A DNA stretch of 58,586 nt, counting the filler, from Squatina squatina (taxonomy: Eukaryota), in NCBI GenBank assembly GCA_031763465.1. It is 4 parts of 4 records of this genome, joined end to end, with 100 filler letters (N's around TTAATTAATTAA, not from the genome) between each part and the next. Parts side by side here need not be neighbours in the genome. Positions count along the whole stretch, not along the records: positions 27,994 to 45,135 come from JARFOE010000100.1; positions 45,236 to 58,586 come from JARFOE010000036.1; 2 more parts are not named here. The stretch is one strand, 5' to 3'. The translations under genes and the position numbers were made by a program. A model generated the notes under the pieces. It was not told where the DNA came from. It saw only the letters and a program-made list of their open reading frames with translations, and ran no database searches. Positions 40,236 through 51,958 of the stretch are shown here, piece after piece (within the stretch, counting starts at the first letter, position 1; each line of letters begins with the position of its first letter).

Positions 40236-40679
40236 GAGCCATGCATATCAATATTAACCGTGAGCTTTATTCGTTGTGCAAGGAATGCCAGTATTCCCAA
40301 CAGGTCATTTGTTGTACCCTCTATTTGCACTGTCTCCTGTTCTGGTCTCTCCTGGGCCATGAAGCATGACGGTGAGCGAGAGTGGCTCGATGACCCCCAA
40401 TTCTAATTTTCATCCCCACTGGGAGAACGTCTCAGGCCGCAGCCCCCAATGCAGTTGGAGCGGGGTTGCACACCTCTGCTCTGCAACACCTCGTGTTGGC
40501 GGTTCAGCACAAGCATCACTTTACTTGAACAGATTGTTTATTGAACATTTTTATCTGCACGGTTGACTCCACAGAACCAGAGTGCAACCAAACACAACTA
40601 TTAAGATTGTGTACAATAGTGCCACTGAATGCAACATCACACAGGGACACTGAGCATTTACACAAAACTTAAAAGAACA

Positions 40680-41062
40680 AATTTGCATTTATATAGCGCC
40701 TTTCACGACCGTAGGATGTCCCAAAGTGCTTTACAGCCAATTAATTACTTTTGAAATGTAGGGAAATGCAGCAGCCAGTTTGTGCAGAGCTAGGTCCCAC
40801 AAATAGTAATTTCATAGTTAAACATTAGTCAGGACATCAGGAGAACTTCCCTGCTAACAGCGCCTTGCGATCTATTTCGTCCGCCTGACAGAGCAGATGG
40901 GGCCTCGGTTTAATGTCTAATCCTAAAGACGGTACCTCAGACGGTGCAGCACTCCCTCAGTACTGCACTGGAGCATCAGCCGGGATTATATGCACAGGTC
41001 TCTTGGAGACTCACTAAATTCTGACTCAGACGAGAGCGCAACCCACTGAGCCAAGGCTGACA
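40680..41062 (-). mobile_element. Near full-length tRNA-derived Deu-type SINE with L2-like tail
   Basis: Head tcagccttggctcagtgggttgcg; core gtctttaggattagacattaaaccgaggcccc; tail gcactttgggacatcctacggtcgtgaaaggcgctatataaatgcaa. Confidence 0.85.
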
Positions 41063-41236
41063 TATACACGTTAAGGGTTAATCGCACGATGTGATAGAGA
41101 TCTATGCTTGCAGGGGCAGTGGGTTGGAGAATTAAAGACTGCATTCTTGTAGCTCTATCTCGGAGCTCCTTGCTGGGGGTGCAGATTCATCGTTACATAG
41201 AATTCTTTCTCCAACCTGACAGACAACCAGACCTAC

Positions 41237-41456
41237 CTTAATATAAGGCAGGAGCAGCCAGCCCTCACACTTCGGACTTTTGTCCATGATGCAGTATGCT
41301 TCTAGACGCAGGATGTTCGGGTGGCTGAACATACGGTGCATCTCCACCTCGTTAAGCGCGTTCTTGCGGTCTTCTTTGTCATGGCAGATGATACGCTTCA
41401 GGGCGTAGAACTGACCGTTCTGAATGCTTTCCACCAGGTCCACGTAGCTGAAACCC
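41237..41456 (-). CDS. stk16: STK16 internal exon (kinase subdomains I-V), 220 bp
   Basis: tttctgtttcag|G GGT...AAG|gtaggt. Translates GFSYVDLVESIQNGQFYALKRIICHDKEDRKNALNEVEMHRMFSHPNILRLEAYCIMDKSPKCEGWLLLPYIK. Confidence 0.95.
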
Positions 41457-41734
41457 CTGAAACAGAAATGGAGAACGGAGCTGAGAGTGCGTCGACACAG
41501 AATTCAAAGTAACATCCTCCCCCTTCTTTAATTTCTCCCCAACAGAGCAGGCAGATAGGGTGGGGAGAATATCCTAGGATTAGCACATTGCAAATAACTC
41601 TCATCCTTGAGTTTAGATCACACGTTTAATGTAGTAAAATGTCCCAAGACAAAATCTAAAACTGAGCCACTTAAGAGATATTAGGACAGATGTCGAAAAA
41701 CTCTAACCTCCTCCAGCTACACAGCCCTCTGAAA

Positions 41735-42127
41735 TACAGCAAAAGGCTAATGGCCCCGACAACATCCCGGCTGTCATGCTGAAGACTGGTGCTCCAGAAC
41801 TAGCCACGCCTCTAGCCAAGCTGTTCCAATACAGCTACAACACTGGCATCTAGCCGACAATGTGGAAAACTGCCCCGGTATGTCCTGTCCACAAAAAGCA
41901 GGACAAATCCAATTTCCATCAGTCTACTCTCAATCATCAGCAAAGTGATGGAGTGTCATTGATGGTGCTATCAAGCAGCACTTACTCACCAATAGCCTGC
42001 TCACCAACGCCAGTTTGGGTCCCGTCAGAAACACTCAGCTCCAGACCTCATTGCAGCCTTGGTCCAAACATGGACAAAAGAGCTGAATTCAAGAGGTGAG
42101 ATGAGAGTGACTGCCTTGATATCAAGG
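41735..42127 (+). mobile_element. Non-LTR retrotransposon RT fragment, degenerate
   Basis: Encodes GPDNIPAVMLKTGAPELATPLAKLFQYSYNTGI*PTMWKTAPVCPVHKKQDKSN and LVQTWTKELNSRGEMRVTALDI. Confidence 0.85.
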
Positions 42128-42227
42128 NNNNNNNNNNNNNNNNNNNNNNNNNNNNNNNNNNNNNNNNNNNNNNNNNNNNNNNNNNNNNNNNNNNNNNNNN
42201 NNNNNNNNNNNNNNNNNNNNNNNNNNN

Positions 42228-42370
42228 GGAGCTTGCTGTGCACAAATTGGCAGCCGTGTTTCCTACACTGCAACAGTGACTGCATTTCGAAAAGTATTTC
42301 ATTGGCTGTGAAGAGCTTTGGGACGTCCAGTGTTTGTGAAAGGAGCTATAGAAATGCAAGTCTTTTTTAA
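42228..42370 (+). mobile_element. Deu-type SINE 3' tail
   Basis: ggagcttgctgtgcacaaattggcagccgtgtttcctacac...gctatagaaatgcaagtctttt. Reverse-strand tails also lie at ~3515-3571, 27795-27893 and 35110-35240. Confidence 0.8.
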
Positions 42371-43519
42371 AAAAAATTCCTTGTACTTGGCCCTTGGGTG
42401 AATGACTGACACTGGGGTGACTACCCATCATTCCATGTACTTGCCCTGAAGAGCTGATACTGAACGGGCTTCCCATCATTCACTGCTGCTGTCTAATGGA
42501 AATCAATTGTGCCAAGCCGGGCAGAATTGTTTAAAATCATTCATTTTAGGTTTTTTTTGGGTGCACGTCTTTTTTACTTTTGCCCTCTGATATGCAGCCA
42601 CTACTAACCTCCTTCCCCCACCCAGGCTTCGTTCTCGCTCAGCCTGCTGTGCGCGGAGCCTTGCAGGACCCATCCTCAGCGGTGACGCAGGTCAGAGTGT
42701 ATAATAATGCTGCTGGGTTCTGCCAGGACAGGCATTTCCAGATTAAGTCAATCTGTCGAGATTTGTTGTTAATTGAAACCTGTTTGGGGAGTGNNNNNNN
42801 NNNNNNNNNNNNNNNNNNNNNNNNNNNNNNNNNNNNNNNNNNNNNNNNNNNNNNNNNNNNNNNNNNNNNNNNNNNNNNNNNNNNNNNNNNNNNTTCATGT
42901 ATGGTGAGAGGCTGCAGGTTATTTTAACCTAACTCACTGGGGGTGGAGGCAGGGGTAATTGGAAGAGGGGGGGAGTCCCATGGTTTAATGCCACATTTAC
43001 ACCCTGCCCAATATTACTCTGCGCTGACTTCAAAGGAAGATTAAATTGGCTGAGATGTAAGACCAGCGTTGCACCCAATCCCATCACTTTCCTAGTGGGT
43101 GGGTTATCATAAAATCTCCTATGTTTCAGTAAGTGTTTCCTGCCCCTGGTGTTGTTATAAGTGGGCAGTGGAAATAACATGGCTGCTGAGTGTGTTACTC
43201 ACTATCACTGTGGTGCACAGTGACACACTCATAGTGTATACTTTGTATTTCACAGCCTCTCACCTCTCCAGTCAAGATGAAGAATTAGTTTCAATTTCTG
43301 AGCTCGGTTTAATTTGCGAAGCGGCTCCCGGCTAATTTGGGAGCCCAGGAGACTGGGAGCAGCAATAACCCTTGTATTAAACCTGACACAACTTCACTCC
43401 TTATAAATTTCACTTTAATTAACAGTTTACAAATCAAAACTGCCAATGATTAAACCGTGGAAATCAGCTCCCACCCCCTCCCTCCAACCAATTCGGTTGG
43501 AAAGAGGCCTGTACTTAAA

Positions 43520-43745
43520 TAACCTTACAGTTTGTAATTTGTCATCCAAAACTTTGCTTCCCGTACCCTGACTCACACCCAGTCCCATACACCCACCACG
43601 CCCTGTGCTCGCTGACCTACATTGGGTTCCCGGTCTGGCATCCATGTTTTCAAATCCCTCCATGGCCTTCTCGCCCTCTCCCTATCTCTGTAACCTCCTC
43701 CAGCCCTACACCCCTCCCTATCTCTGTAACCTCCTCCAGCCCCGA
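43520..43745 (+). mobile_element. L2 fragment with short internal tandem duplication
   Basis: Encodes PVLADLHWVP; ccctatctctgtaacctcctccagccc occurs twice at ~43680-43743. Confidence 0.75.
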
Positions 43746-44629
43746 NNNNNNNNNNNNNNNNNNNNNNNNNNNNNNNNNNNNNNNNNNNNNNNNNNNNNNN
43801 NNNNNNNNNNNNNNNNNNNNNNNNNNNNNNNNNNNNNNNNNNNNNCCAATTGATTCTCACTGTGCATAATGTAGTGCTGATGTATGTTGCTTGGTTGGGT
43901 TGTTGCCAATCAACAAATCCAAAATGGCAGCATCTGAACATTAACAATCACTGTTAATAGGTGTGTGTTGTCACCTGAAAAATAACCACTCCTGCAAAAA
44001 GTACCAACAGTTTCAAAGATAATATTCTGTTAAAGACATGCAACTGTGGCAATCAAGAAAAATGCACTGCTGCCCCCATTCTGAATACCCAGTCCCGCAT
44101 TGCACTTCATATTTGCGATGAGCTTCTTTCCTTCCAGTAGAATGTTTTGGCGCCTTGGATCTATAACTTCCATTTCTATTTGTTTAGGTTGGTCGGGTGC
44201 ATGTTGTTTGACACCACATGACATTCTGAGACCTCAGCAAACACAAAAGGGATGCATTGTGGGTACTCTCTACATACTCCACTGTCGAGTGTCTGGGTGC
44301 TGATTCTCATCGAAGATTCATGACCTCAACTGGGATCCTCAGCGAGATGAGGAGAGAAAGCAAAGCGCTTCCATGGAAGCGAAAAGCAGTTGTAAAAGAG
44401 ACACTTCCCTAAAAGGAGCTGTGAGGGGGACAATCTCTTTCTCAAAGGGGGCCCTGAAGGTGAGTCACCTTTCGAAAAAGAGTTATGAAGCAAGGTCCCT
44501 TTTTAAATAGGTCCTGAAAGTAAGATATCTTCAATAAAAGGGGTCCGGAAAGAAAGATGTCCTTTTTAAAAAAGGTCCAGTTCATCAGACAAGAGGCCCT
44601 AATGGTGATAAACAGTGTCAATGAATGAA

Positions 44630-44915
44630 TGAAATTGCATTTCTATAGTTCCTTTCACAACCTCAGGACATCCCAAAGTGTTTTAAATCCAATGAATTAC
44701 TTTTTTTGAAGTATAGTCACTGCTGTAATATAGAAAATGCAGCAGCCAATTTGCACACAAGATCCCACAAACAACAAAGTGATAATGAGCACTTTATCTG
44801 ATGTTGGTTGAGGATAAATGTTGGCTAGAATACTGGGGAGAACTCCCCCGCTCTTCAAAATAGTGTCACAGAATCTTGTACATCCACCTAAGAGGGTTGG
44901 TTTAACATTCACAGA
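44630..44915 (-). mobile_element. Deu-type SINE 3' half
   Basis: Core and tail similar to 40680-40920. Confidence 0.75.
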
Positions 44916-45135
44916 CCACACCTGGTGTACCATGAGCAGGTCTGGGCATCACACCTCAGGACGGATATTTTAGCCTTGGAGGGAGTGCAGTGTAGGTTTA
45001 CCAGAATTATACCCAGACTTCAAGGGTTAAGTTACGAGGAGAGATTACATAAATTAGGGTTGTATCCTCCAGAATTTAGAAGGTTAAGGAGTGATCTATT
45101 CAAACTTTTCAAGATATTAAGGTGAACAGATAGGG
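44916..45135 (+). mobile_element. CR1 ORF2 C-terminal fragment
   Basis: Encodes QVWASHLRTDILALEGVQCRFTRIIPRLQGLSYEERLHKLGLY..RRLRSDL. Confidence 0.85.
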
Positions 45136-45235
45136 NNNNNNNNNNNNNNNNNNNNNNNNNNNNNNNNNNNNNNNNNNNNTTAATTAATTAANNNNNNNNN
45201 NNNNNNNNNNNNNNNNNNNNNNNNNNNNNNNNNNN
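45136..45235. other. Artificial linker with TTAATTAATTAA
   Basis: 12-mer at 45180-45191 inside a 100-nt spacer. Confidence 0.95.
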
Positions 45236-46305
45236 TAGAGTAATTTTCTGTACAGATATATTAGTCTTTGTCTTCTGTCTCTTCAGCATAAAATTCTCCA
45301 AGTACAGTGTGTCTGAATTGAAGTAATGTTATTTTAGTAGCCACAGAATTCTTGTATGATCCTAGAACAATTGGGACAATTCCATGCCATGACTGTCCCA
45401 AATCTGGTGTGGCTCTCTGCTTCCTAGCTTTGTCTAACTAGTTTTGTGTGAAATGCTGTTTTCTGTGAAAGTGGTTTGTGAGTGTATTTGCCCTGTTGAC
45501 TTTTTTTAAACCTTCCAGAGTAGGTGTCATTGCCCTCTGTGCCAGATTCAGGATGCCTACAGAACATTGTGGGGAAATAGTTTGACCTGGTTATACTTTT
45601 CTTTTAAAGAAGGACGTTTTATAAGTGATATAGACACTTACATGAACACCAGGGAATTTACCATACACTGCATAAAATCTGTAGTTCCCTGTGTTTCATA
45701 GCATGGTGCGACTCTTCAGAACTGTCTGCTTGGGTCTTGATCTTTGGATTGAAGATGTTGAAGGGGGTTTCACAAAAATAGTTGGCTTCAGGGAAAAAAA
45801 TGTTGCATGCTAATGCTTTAGTGTTTTCAAATTGCCTTTAATGGTGAGCAGAAGTCAAGTTGTATTGTGTAATCAAACTTTCTACATTTGCTTGTCCAAA
45901 TGTTTAAATGGAACACACCTTATTGCAGATGTGACAGAGCCTGTGTTTTCAGTTGGTATTTTTGACTCAAAGTTGAGTACAATTTCCATTTCTGTGAGTT
46001 TTGCTTTGGATTTTAGTGATGCCATCTGGATACTAACGGAATGTCATGTCATTTTTTTGTTTTACTACTGGTAAGAGGAGTAATTGCTTAACTTCTGGAA
46101 ATAATTGTATACAATAAAACTACATTAAACCCTTTTTATAAATGTCACTGTTTTGATGGAGTCATTTTATTGTTTTGAGGAATAACACGTTTGGCTGTAA
46201 AACTGNNNNNNNNNNNNNNNNNNNNNNNNNNNNNNNNNNNNNNNNNNNNNNNNNNNNNNNNNNNNNNNNNNNNNNNNNNNNNNNNNNNNNNNNNNNNNNN
46301 NNNNN

Positions 46306-46732
46306 CTTTGCAGCTGGTCGGTGCGTGACGTCATCAAAATGCGTGCCGACCTGCACTGCCCAGCCGCAACGCATTCGCCGCTCTGTTTGCGTCCCACGGG
46401 GAATTTCACCCCCTGGAGGCGGCCACAGTGAGAGGCGATTGCAGCGACAGGAAAACCTGTCACTGCAACGGGCCCCTTAAAGGCGAGGACGTCTGAGCTT
46501 CCGGCCGCCATTTTGTTTTAATCGGCCGACTTTGTAGTTGATCAATAAATGGCGGCTCCTCGGCCGGATCGTGCTACCATTGACGCGTCTGGCACACCAG
46601 GCTGGTGGCCGGCCGCCCTGGTGGCCCAGGGTAGTGCCCTTCAGGATGGCCGGTGGCTCTCCCCTTTAAGGCAGACTGGTGTCCTAATTAATAACTAACT
46701 TACACTGAGTTTTCACCAGAGGACGTCTCTAC
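46306..46732. mobile_element. GC-rich non-autonomous transposon-like sequence abutting the LRRC8 LRR fragment
   Basis: Abrupt GC/CpG-rich block. Its motifs (gccccttaaa, ggccgccatttt, aatttcacccc) recur at 30110-30440. Confidence 0.55.
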
Positions 46733-46737
46733 AACAA

Positions 46738-47312
46738 TCTTGTTCTTATTGAGGTAAAGCATTTCAAGTTTTGCAATTTTGGCAATGTGAACAGGAATGG
46801 ACGTGATGTTGTTATGCCACAGCCTGAGGCAGATGAGTTTTCGAAGGTTTTGGCAACTGGCAAGCTCTTCTGTTGAACTTAGGTTGTTGTCTTTGAGGTC
46901 AAGCTCCTGTAAGTTGGCCAGGCTGAAGATGGCACTAGGAATTCTTTCCAAGTTGCAATGAAGCAGCCTCAGCAAAGTCAGGCAGAAGAGCTTCTTAATG
47001 TTTGCAAGTGATGTTATTTTCACTCCTTCGTTGTGGATTATCAGGCACAGTAGGTGAGTGGCCATGTCTAAAATTGCCGTTGGCAGCTTGGTTATGTTGG
47101 TTTTCAGATGCAAAGTATCGATTTTTGGCAGCTCACGAAACATTTGCAGGGCTGTGGAGATTTTACTGTCTGTCTGTAGTTGCCCTTCAATGTAGAGCTC
47201 ATGCAAACTTTTCAAGGTGAATATCCATGGAGGGATTTCATCAGCAATACCAAATCGTACACGTAAAGTTATTAAATTCTCCTTCAAGAATAACAGTGCC
47301 TGCCTTTCCACC
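46738..47312 (-). CDS. lrrc8: LRRC8 leucine-rich repeat domain fragment, truncated at the 3' side
   Basis: VERQALLFLKENLITLRVRF..EIPPWIFTLKSLHELYI...HNEGVKI...CNLERIPSAIFSLANLQELDLKDNNL...LRLWHNNITSIPVHI..NKNKI is diagnostic of LRRC8. Homology is then lost and a stop follows at 46702-46700. Confidence 0.9.
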
Positions 47313-47412
47313 NNNNNNNNNNNNNNNNNNNNNNNNNNNNNNNNNNNNNNNNNNNNNNNNNNNNNNNNNNNNNNNNNNNNNNNNNNNNNNNNNNNNNNNN
47401 NNNNNNNNNNNN

Positions 47413-47670
47413 ATGAGGAGAATTTCTTCTCTCATAATATTGAGAGTCTTTGGAAATCCTTGCCACAGAGAGCTGTGGGGGCTGAGTCCTTGTATATATG
47501 TAAGGCTGAGATAGATAGATTTATAATCAGTAAGGCAATCAAGGGTTATGGGGAAAGGGCAGGAAAATGGACTTGAGGAATGTTGGATCAGTCATTATCC
47601 TATTAAATGGTGGAGCAGGCTCAAGGGGCCGAATGGCCTACTCCTGTTCCTACTTCTTATGGTCTTATCT
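47413..47670 (+). mobile_element. CR1 3' end
   Basis: Encodes NFFSHNIESLWKSLPQRAV...KAEIDRF; tail ggccgaatggcctactcctgttcctacttcttatgg. Confidence 0.85.
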
Positions 47671-47693
47671 GACCATTGAAGACAATGTTACAC

Positions 47694-48157
47694 CTTCACT
47701 AAATGCGTAAGATTGTTAAACTTCATGCGGCATTGATGTCCTGTACGAGCCACCACATCAGAGGCCGAGACCTCCCCAGAAATTTCCCTCCAAAGGCCCC
47801 TCAGAAGCTGACCACTTCCTCTTCTGCCATCAGTGGCAAACAGCCTGTCCGCCCTCCTCTCCATGGCAGCCACATGAGTCTCGAGGGCCACGTCTGAGAA
47901 CTTGGCCGCCCTGGCCACTCTTCCACCAGCTGCCATGCTTTGCAAAAGTCATCTCCAGTAAAAAAGCTCTACTGTTCCTGTTGCAAATCTGGACTGACCA
48001 TTGCAGTGATTTACTCACTGCAAGCATCCCTTTTCAGGACTGAGCTGGGCTGGCAACTAATTGATTCTGATCACCAAGTTCAATGAATTGTTCCCATGAA
48101 ACCTACCTCGCCCACTTACCGCCGTACCTGCACCCAGTAACGCTGATTTTTAGCCCC
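47694..48157 (-). mobile_element. Harbinger/PIF-type transposon end carrying an open Myb/SANT-like exon (47936-47694)
   Basis: Terminus GGGGCTAAAAATC. ATG at 47936 gives MAAGGRVARAAKFSDVALETHVAAMERRADRLF...LWREISGEVSASDVVARTGHQCRMKFNNLTHLVK|gt, with the F, W and RT..QC..KF motifs of Myb_DNA-bind_5. Confidence 0.8.
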
Positions 48158-48554
48158 ATTTGGACCCCACCTGAAAAAAAATGTTTAATGAGCCCTGCAG
48201 TGCGGAAATGGTGCAAAATTAACGCCGATTCGTCACATTAAGTTAGCAGCGCAGTGCAATCCAATTGCGCCCCCTGAAGGTTGATCTGTGTTAGGTATTT
48301 AAAATGCTGAAAGTATTTGCGAGAGCAGATAATTGGAAAGTTTTTCCCTTGGTGAGGCAAGGAAGAACAAGGGGACTGAATCTTAAAATTAGATTCAGGG
48401 GTGAAATCAGAAAACACTGTTACACATGAAGGGTTGTGGAAATCTCTGCCTCAAAGTGCTGTTGATTCGAGGACAGTTGCAGATTTTTTAGGCAAGTGTA
48501 TCAAGGGATACGGAGCAAAGGCAGGGAAATGGATTTGAAGTGCAGATCAGAAAG

Positions 48555-49575
48555 TGTTACAGGGACTGACACATCTCACAGGATAGGGTTACAGGGACTG
48601 ACACATCTCTCAGGTCAAGTTACGGGGACTAACACATCTCTCAGGATAGGATTACAGGGATTGACACATCCCTCAGGATAGGGTTACAGGGGCTGACACA
48701 TCACTCAGGATAGGTTACACGGACTGCCTGACACCTCTCACAGGATAGGGTTACAAGGACTGCACATCTCTCAGGATGTGGTTTCAGGGACTGATACATC
48801 TCTTGAGATATGGGTGCAGGGGATGACACTTCTCTCAGGATAGAGCTACAGGGAATAACACACATCTCAGGATAGGTTTACAAAAACTGACACATTTCTC
48901 AAGATAAAGTTACAGTGACTGATTAATATATCTCTCAGAATAGGATTGTAGGGTCTGACATATCTGTCAGGAAATGGATACAGGAAGTGACACATCTCCA
49001 AGGATGGGGTGACAGGGACTGACTGACAAGTCCATCAGTATAGTGATATAGATGGTGATGCATCTCTCAGGATAGCTTTACAGGATTGACACAACCACAT
49101 GACATTGTAACAGCAACTGCTGACACATCTCTTTGGATAAGGTTGCAGACACTGACTGACACAGCTCACATGATATTGTTACAGGGTCAGTTTGACACCT
49201 CTCACAGGACAGGGTGAGAGGAACTGACACATCTCACAGGATAGGGTTACAGGGACTGACACATTTCTCAGGATAGGGTTACAGGGACTGACACATCTCT
49301 CAGGATCGGGTTACATGGACAGACACAACTCTCAGGATAGGGTTACAGGGAATGACGCAACTCTCAGGATAGTTTTACTGGGGCTGCTGAATCTCTTAGG
49401 ATAGTGATTTGGGACTGATACATCTTTCATGATACCAGTACATGGACTGACTGACACATTACACAGGCAAGTGTTACATGCACTGAGGACTCATCTCCCA
49501 AGATCAGTTACAGGGATCATCACATCTCCCAGGAGAGGGTTACAGGGACTGACACATCTCTCAGGATAGGGTCAC
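48555..49575. repeat. Minisatellite, 32-bp unit GGATAGGGTTACAGGGACTGACACATCTCTCA, about 30 copies
   Basis: Period 32 measured at 49239/49271. Both ends are better conserved than the middle; some units carry a 4-bp insertion (e.g. an extra ctga). Confidence 0.95.
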
Positions 49576-49834
49576 ATGCTATAGATTCTCTGATCTCTTT
49601 GCTCTAACTGTAAAGTCTAACATAATCTTATCATGGTATTAATTGTGCTTTGTGCCTGTTAAATTATTTAGTACTCGTTAATACACCACGTTTTCCCTTT
49701 ATACTGTGATGATTGATGGATTGGGGGTTAATTTACGGTCAGTTTTGTGCCACTGACGATTGATCTGGCTTGGATAATTACTCTCAGATATTCTCCCTGA
49801 AATATATTAACCATTTGTTGTTAGACGTATATCC

Positions 49835-50725
49835 ACATTGTCCAAGGCCTCAGCACCATGCTGCACCCAAATTGTCCACAGATTCAGCACCATGCTGCAC
49901 CCATGTTGTCCATAGACTCAGCACCATGCTGCACTCATATTGTCCATAGATTCAGCACCATGCTGCACCCACATTGTCTATAGACTCAGCACCATGCTGC
50001 ACCCATATTGTCAATAGCCTCAGCACCATGCTGCGCCCATATTGTCCATAGACTCAGCACCATGCTGCACCCATGTTGTCCATAAATACAGCACCATGCT
50101 GCACCCATATTGTCCATAAACTCAGCACCATGCTGCACCCAAATTGTCCATAGACGCAGCACCATGCTGCATCCACATTGTCCATAGACTCAGCACCATG
50201 CTGCACCCATATTGTCCATAGACTCGGCACCATGCTGCACTCATATTGTCCATAGACTGAGCATCATGCTGCACCCATGTTGTCCATTGCACTCAGCACC
50301 TAGCTGCAACCTCTTTGTCCATAGCCCTTGGCATCATCATGCAGCCAAAATGTTCATAGACGTCAGCTTCATGCTGCACCCACACCTCCTACATCAGTTC
50401 TCAGCCCCGTGCTACATCCACATCTACTACAGCAGGCCTCAGCACCCTGCTGCACCCACACCATCCACAATAGGTCTCAGCACCGTGCTACATCCACATC
50501 TCATAAAATATGCCTCAGCACCTTGCGGCACCCACACCATCCACAATAGATATCAGCATCGTTCTGCATCCACACCTCCTACAATCGGCCTCAGACCATG
50601 CAGCAATCTCATTTTCCACAGCGTCAGCACTTTGCCGCGTCCACAACTCCTACAATACGTTTCAGCACCATGTTGCATCCACACCTCCTACAGTAGCCTT
50701 CAGAACCAAGTTGCACCCAAACCAC
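49835..50725. repeat. Minisatellite, 34-bp unit CTCAGCACCATGCTGCACCCATATTGTCCATAGA, grading into degenerate 38-bp units
   Basis: Period 34 at 49917/49951; period 38 at 50438/50476/50514. Confidence 0.95.
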
Positions 50726-51404
50726 TTACACTACAAGTAGAGTATTACTCCATTGGAGACCACTTATTGTCTCTCTTTCGAAATATTATTTACACATGTT
50801 GATTTTCATTGTGCGACATATTCATTAATAACAGAAGTCAAATCCTGGCTATAGTCCCCTCGATCCTTCTCTTACTTCAACAGAGACAAAATCATCTTGG
50901 TGTGCATCCCCTTATGTTTTTCTTAACACGCCCAACGTTCCTAATCACGTAGATGTGATAAATCACACCCTTCTCGGGAACTAACATAGGGAGCACCACC
51001 AGTATTTCAATTCTAAATGGAAAGTTGTAGGATCATTTTCATGGGTAACGGCGGGGTTTTCTTGTTTAAGTCGAGTTTCAGAGGGACTCTGCCTGGTTTT
51101 TGAATGATTTATAAGTTGCATTCTAGTACAACGAGTGCAACTTGCTTAAAATCATAAAGGATAGCTAATGTAGTTCTTTAACCGACTCTACTGCATTCGT
51201 TTCTTACAGTTTATGACTTTGGCAGTGCTGAACTTGGATGGTTAAATTATGTAACAGATCAACATGGATGCATCCCTTTATTATGTTTTCTAATGAGCTG
51301 CTTCCACTGTTTATTAGCTGTTCTTGATACAAAAGGGTGTTCCTGCTCTGGAGCCATTCAATTGATTGCACCTACCTTTTACTCACTTATAACAAGCAGG
51401 AAAG

Positions 51405-51832
51405 GATGAACAGGTTGGGTCATATATCTCTTGAAAACCAATGGCTGAGGGATGACCAAATAGAGGTCTTAAAATTATGAAAGGTTTTGCTGAAGTTGAC
51501 ACAGTGAGGTTGTTGCCATTTGTGGGGAAGAGCATAACTATCGGCCACCAATATAAGATAGTAACAAATAAATCCAAAAGAGAATTCAAAAGAAACCTCT
51601 TTACCCAGAGAGTGGTGAGAATGTGGAACTAGCAACCACATGGAGTAGTTGAAGGGAATAGTATAGATGCCTTTAATTGGAAGCTAAATAAATATAGGTG
51701 GGGGAAGGGAATAGACGGTTTTGCTGATGGAGTTAAATGAGGAAGGATGAGAGGATGCAACATTTGGAGCATAAATGCCGGCATGGACTGGTTGTGCCGA
51801 ATGTCCTGTCTACGTGCTGAATATTCTATGTA
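51405..51832 (+). mobile_element. CR1 3' end
   Basis: Colinear with 28687-29075 (gaggtcttaaaattatgaaaggtttt, ataagatagt, ttacccagagagtggtgagaatgtgg). Confidence 0.85.
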
Positions 51833-51958
51833 GTTCCATTCGACCAGAGTTTTGACCTCCAAAATAATCTCGGTTTCCTCCTGTGCCTGCAGAATTTGAT
51901 AAATTATTTACTTTATGTTATTACTTGAAGGGTTGATAATATTCCATTTGTTCTTACT

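Noticed and set aside
41132-41236. Extension of the kinase ORF (VGLVVCQVGER...)
   Set aside because: Intron read-through past the gtaggt donor.
49835-50725. CRISPR-like array (34-38 bp period with a palindromic core)
   Set aside because: The whole unit repeats with no unique spacers, there are no cas genes, and the context is vertebrate. It is a minisatellite.
50212-50802. 196-aa His/Cys/Pro-rich ORF
   Set aside because: It is a by-product of translating the minisatellite, with a non-ATG start and no domain signal.
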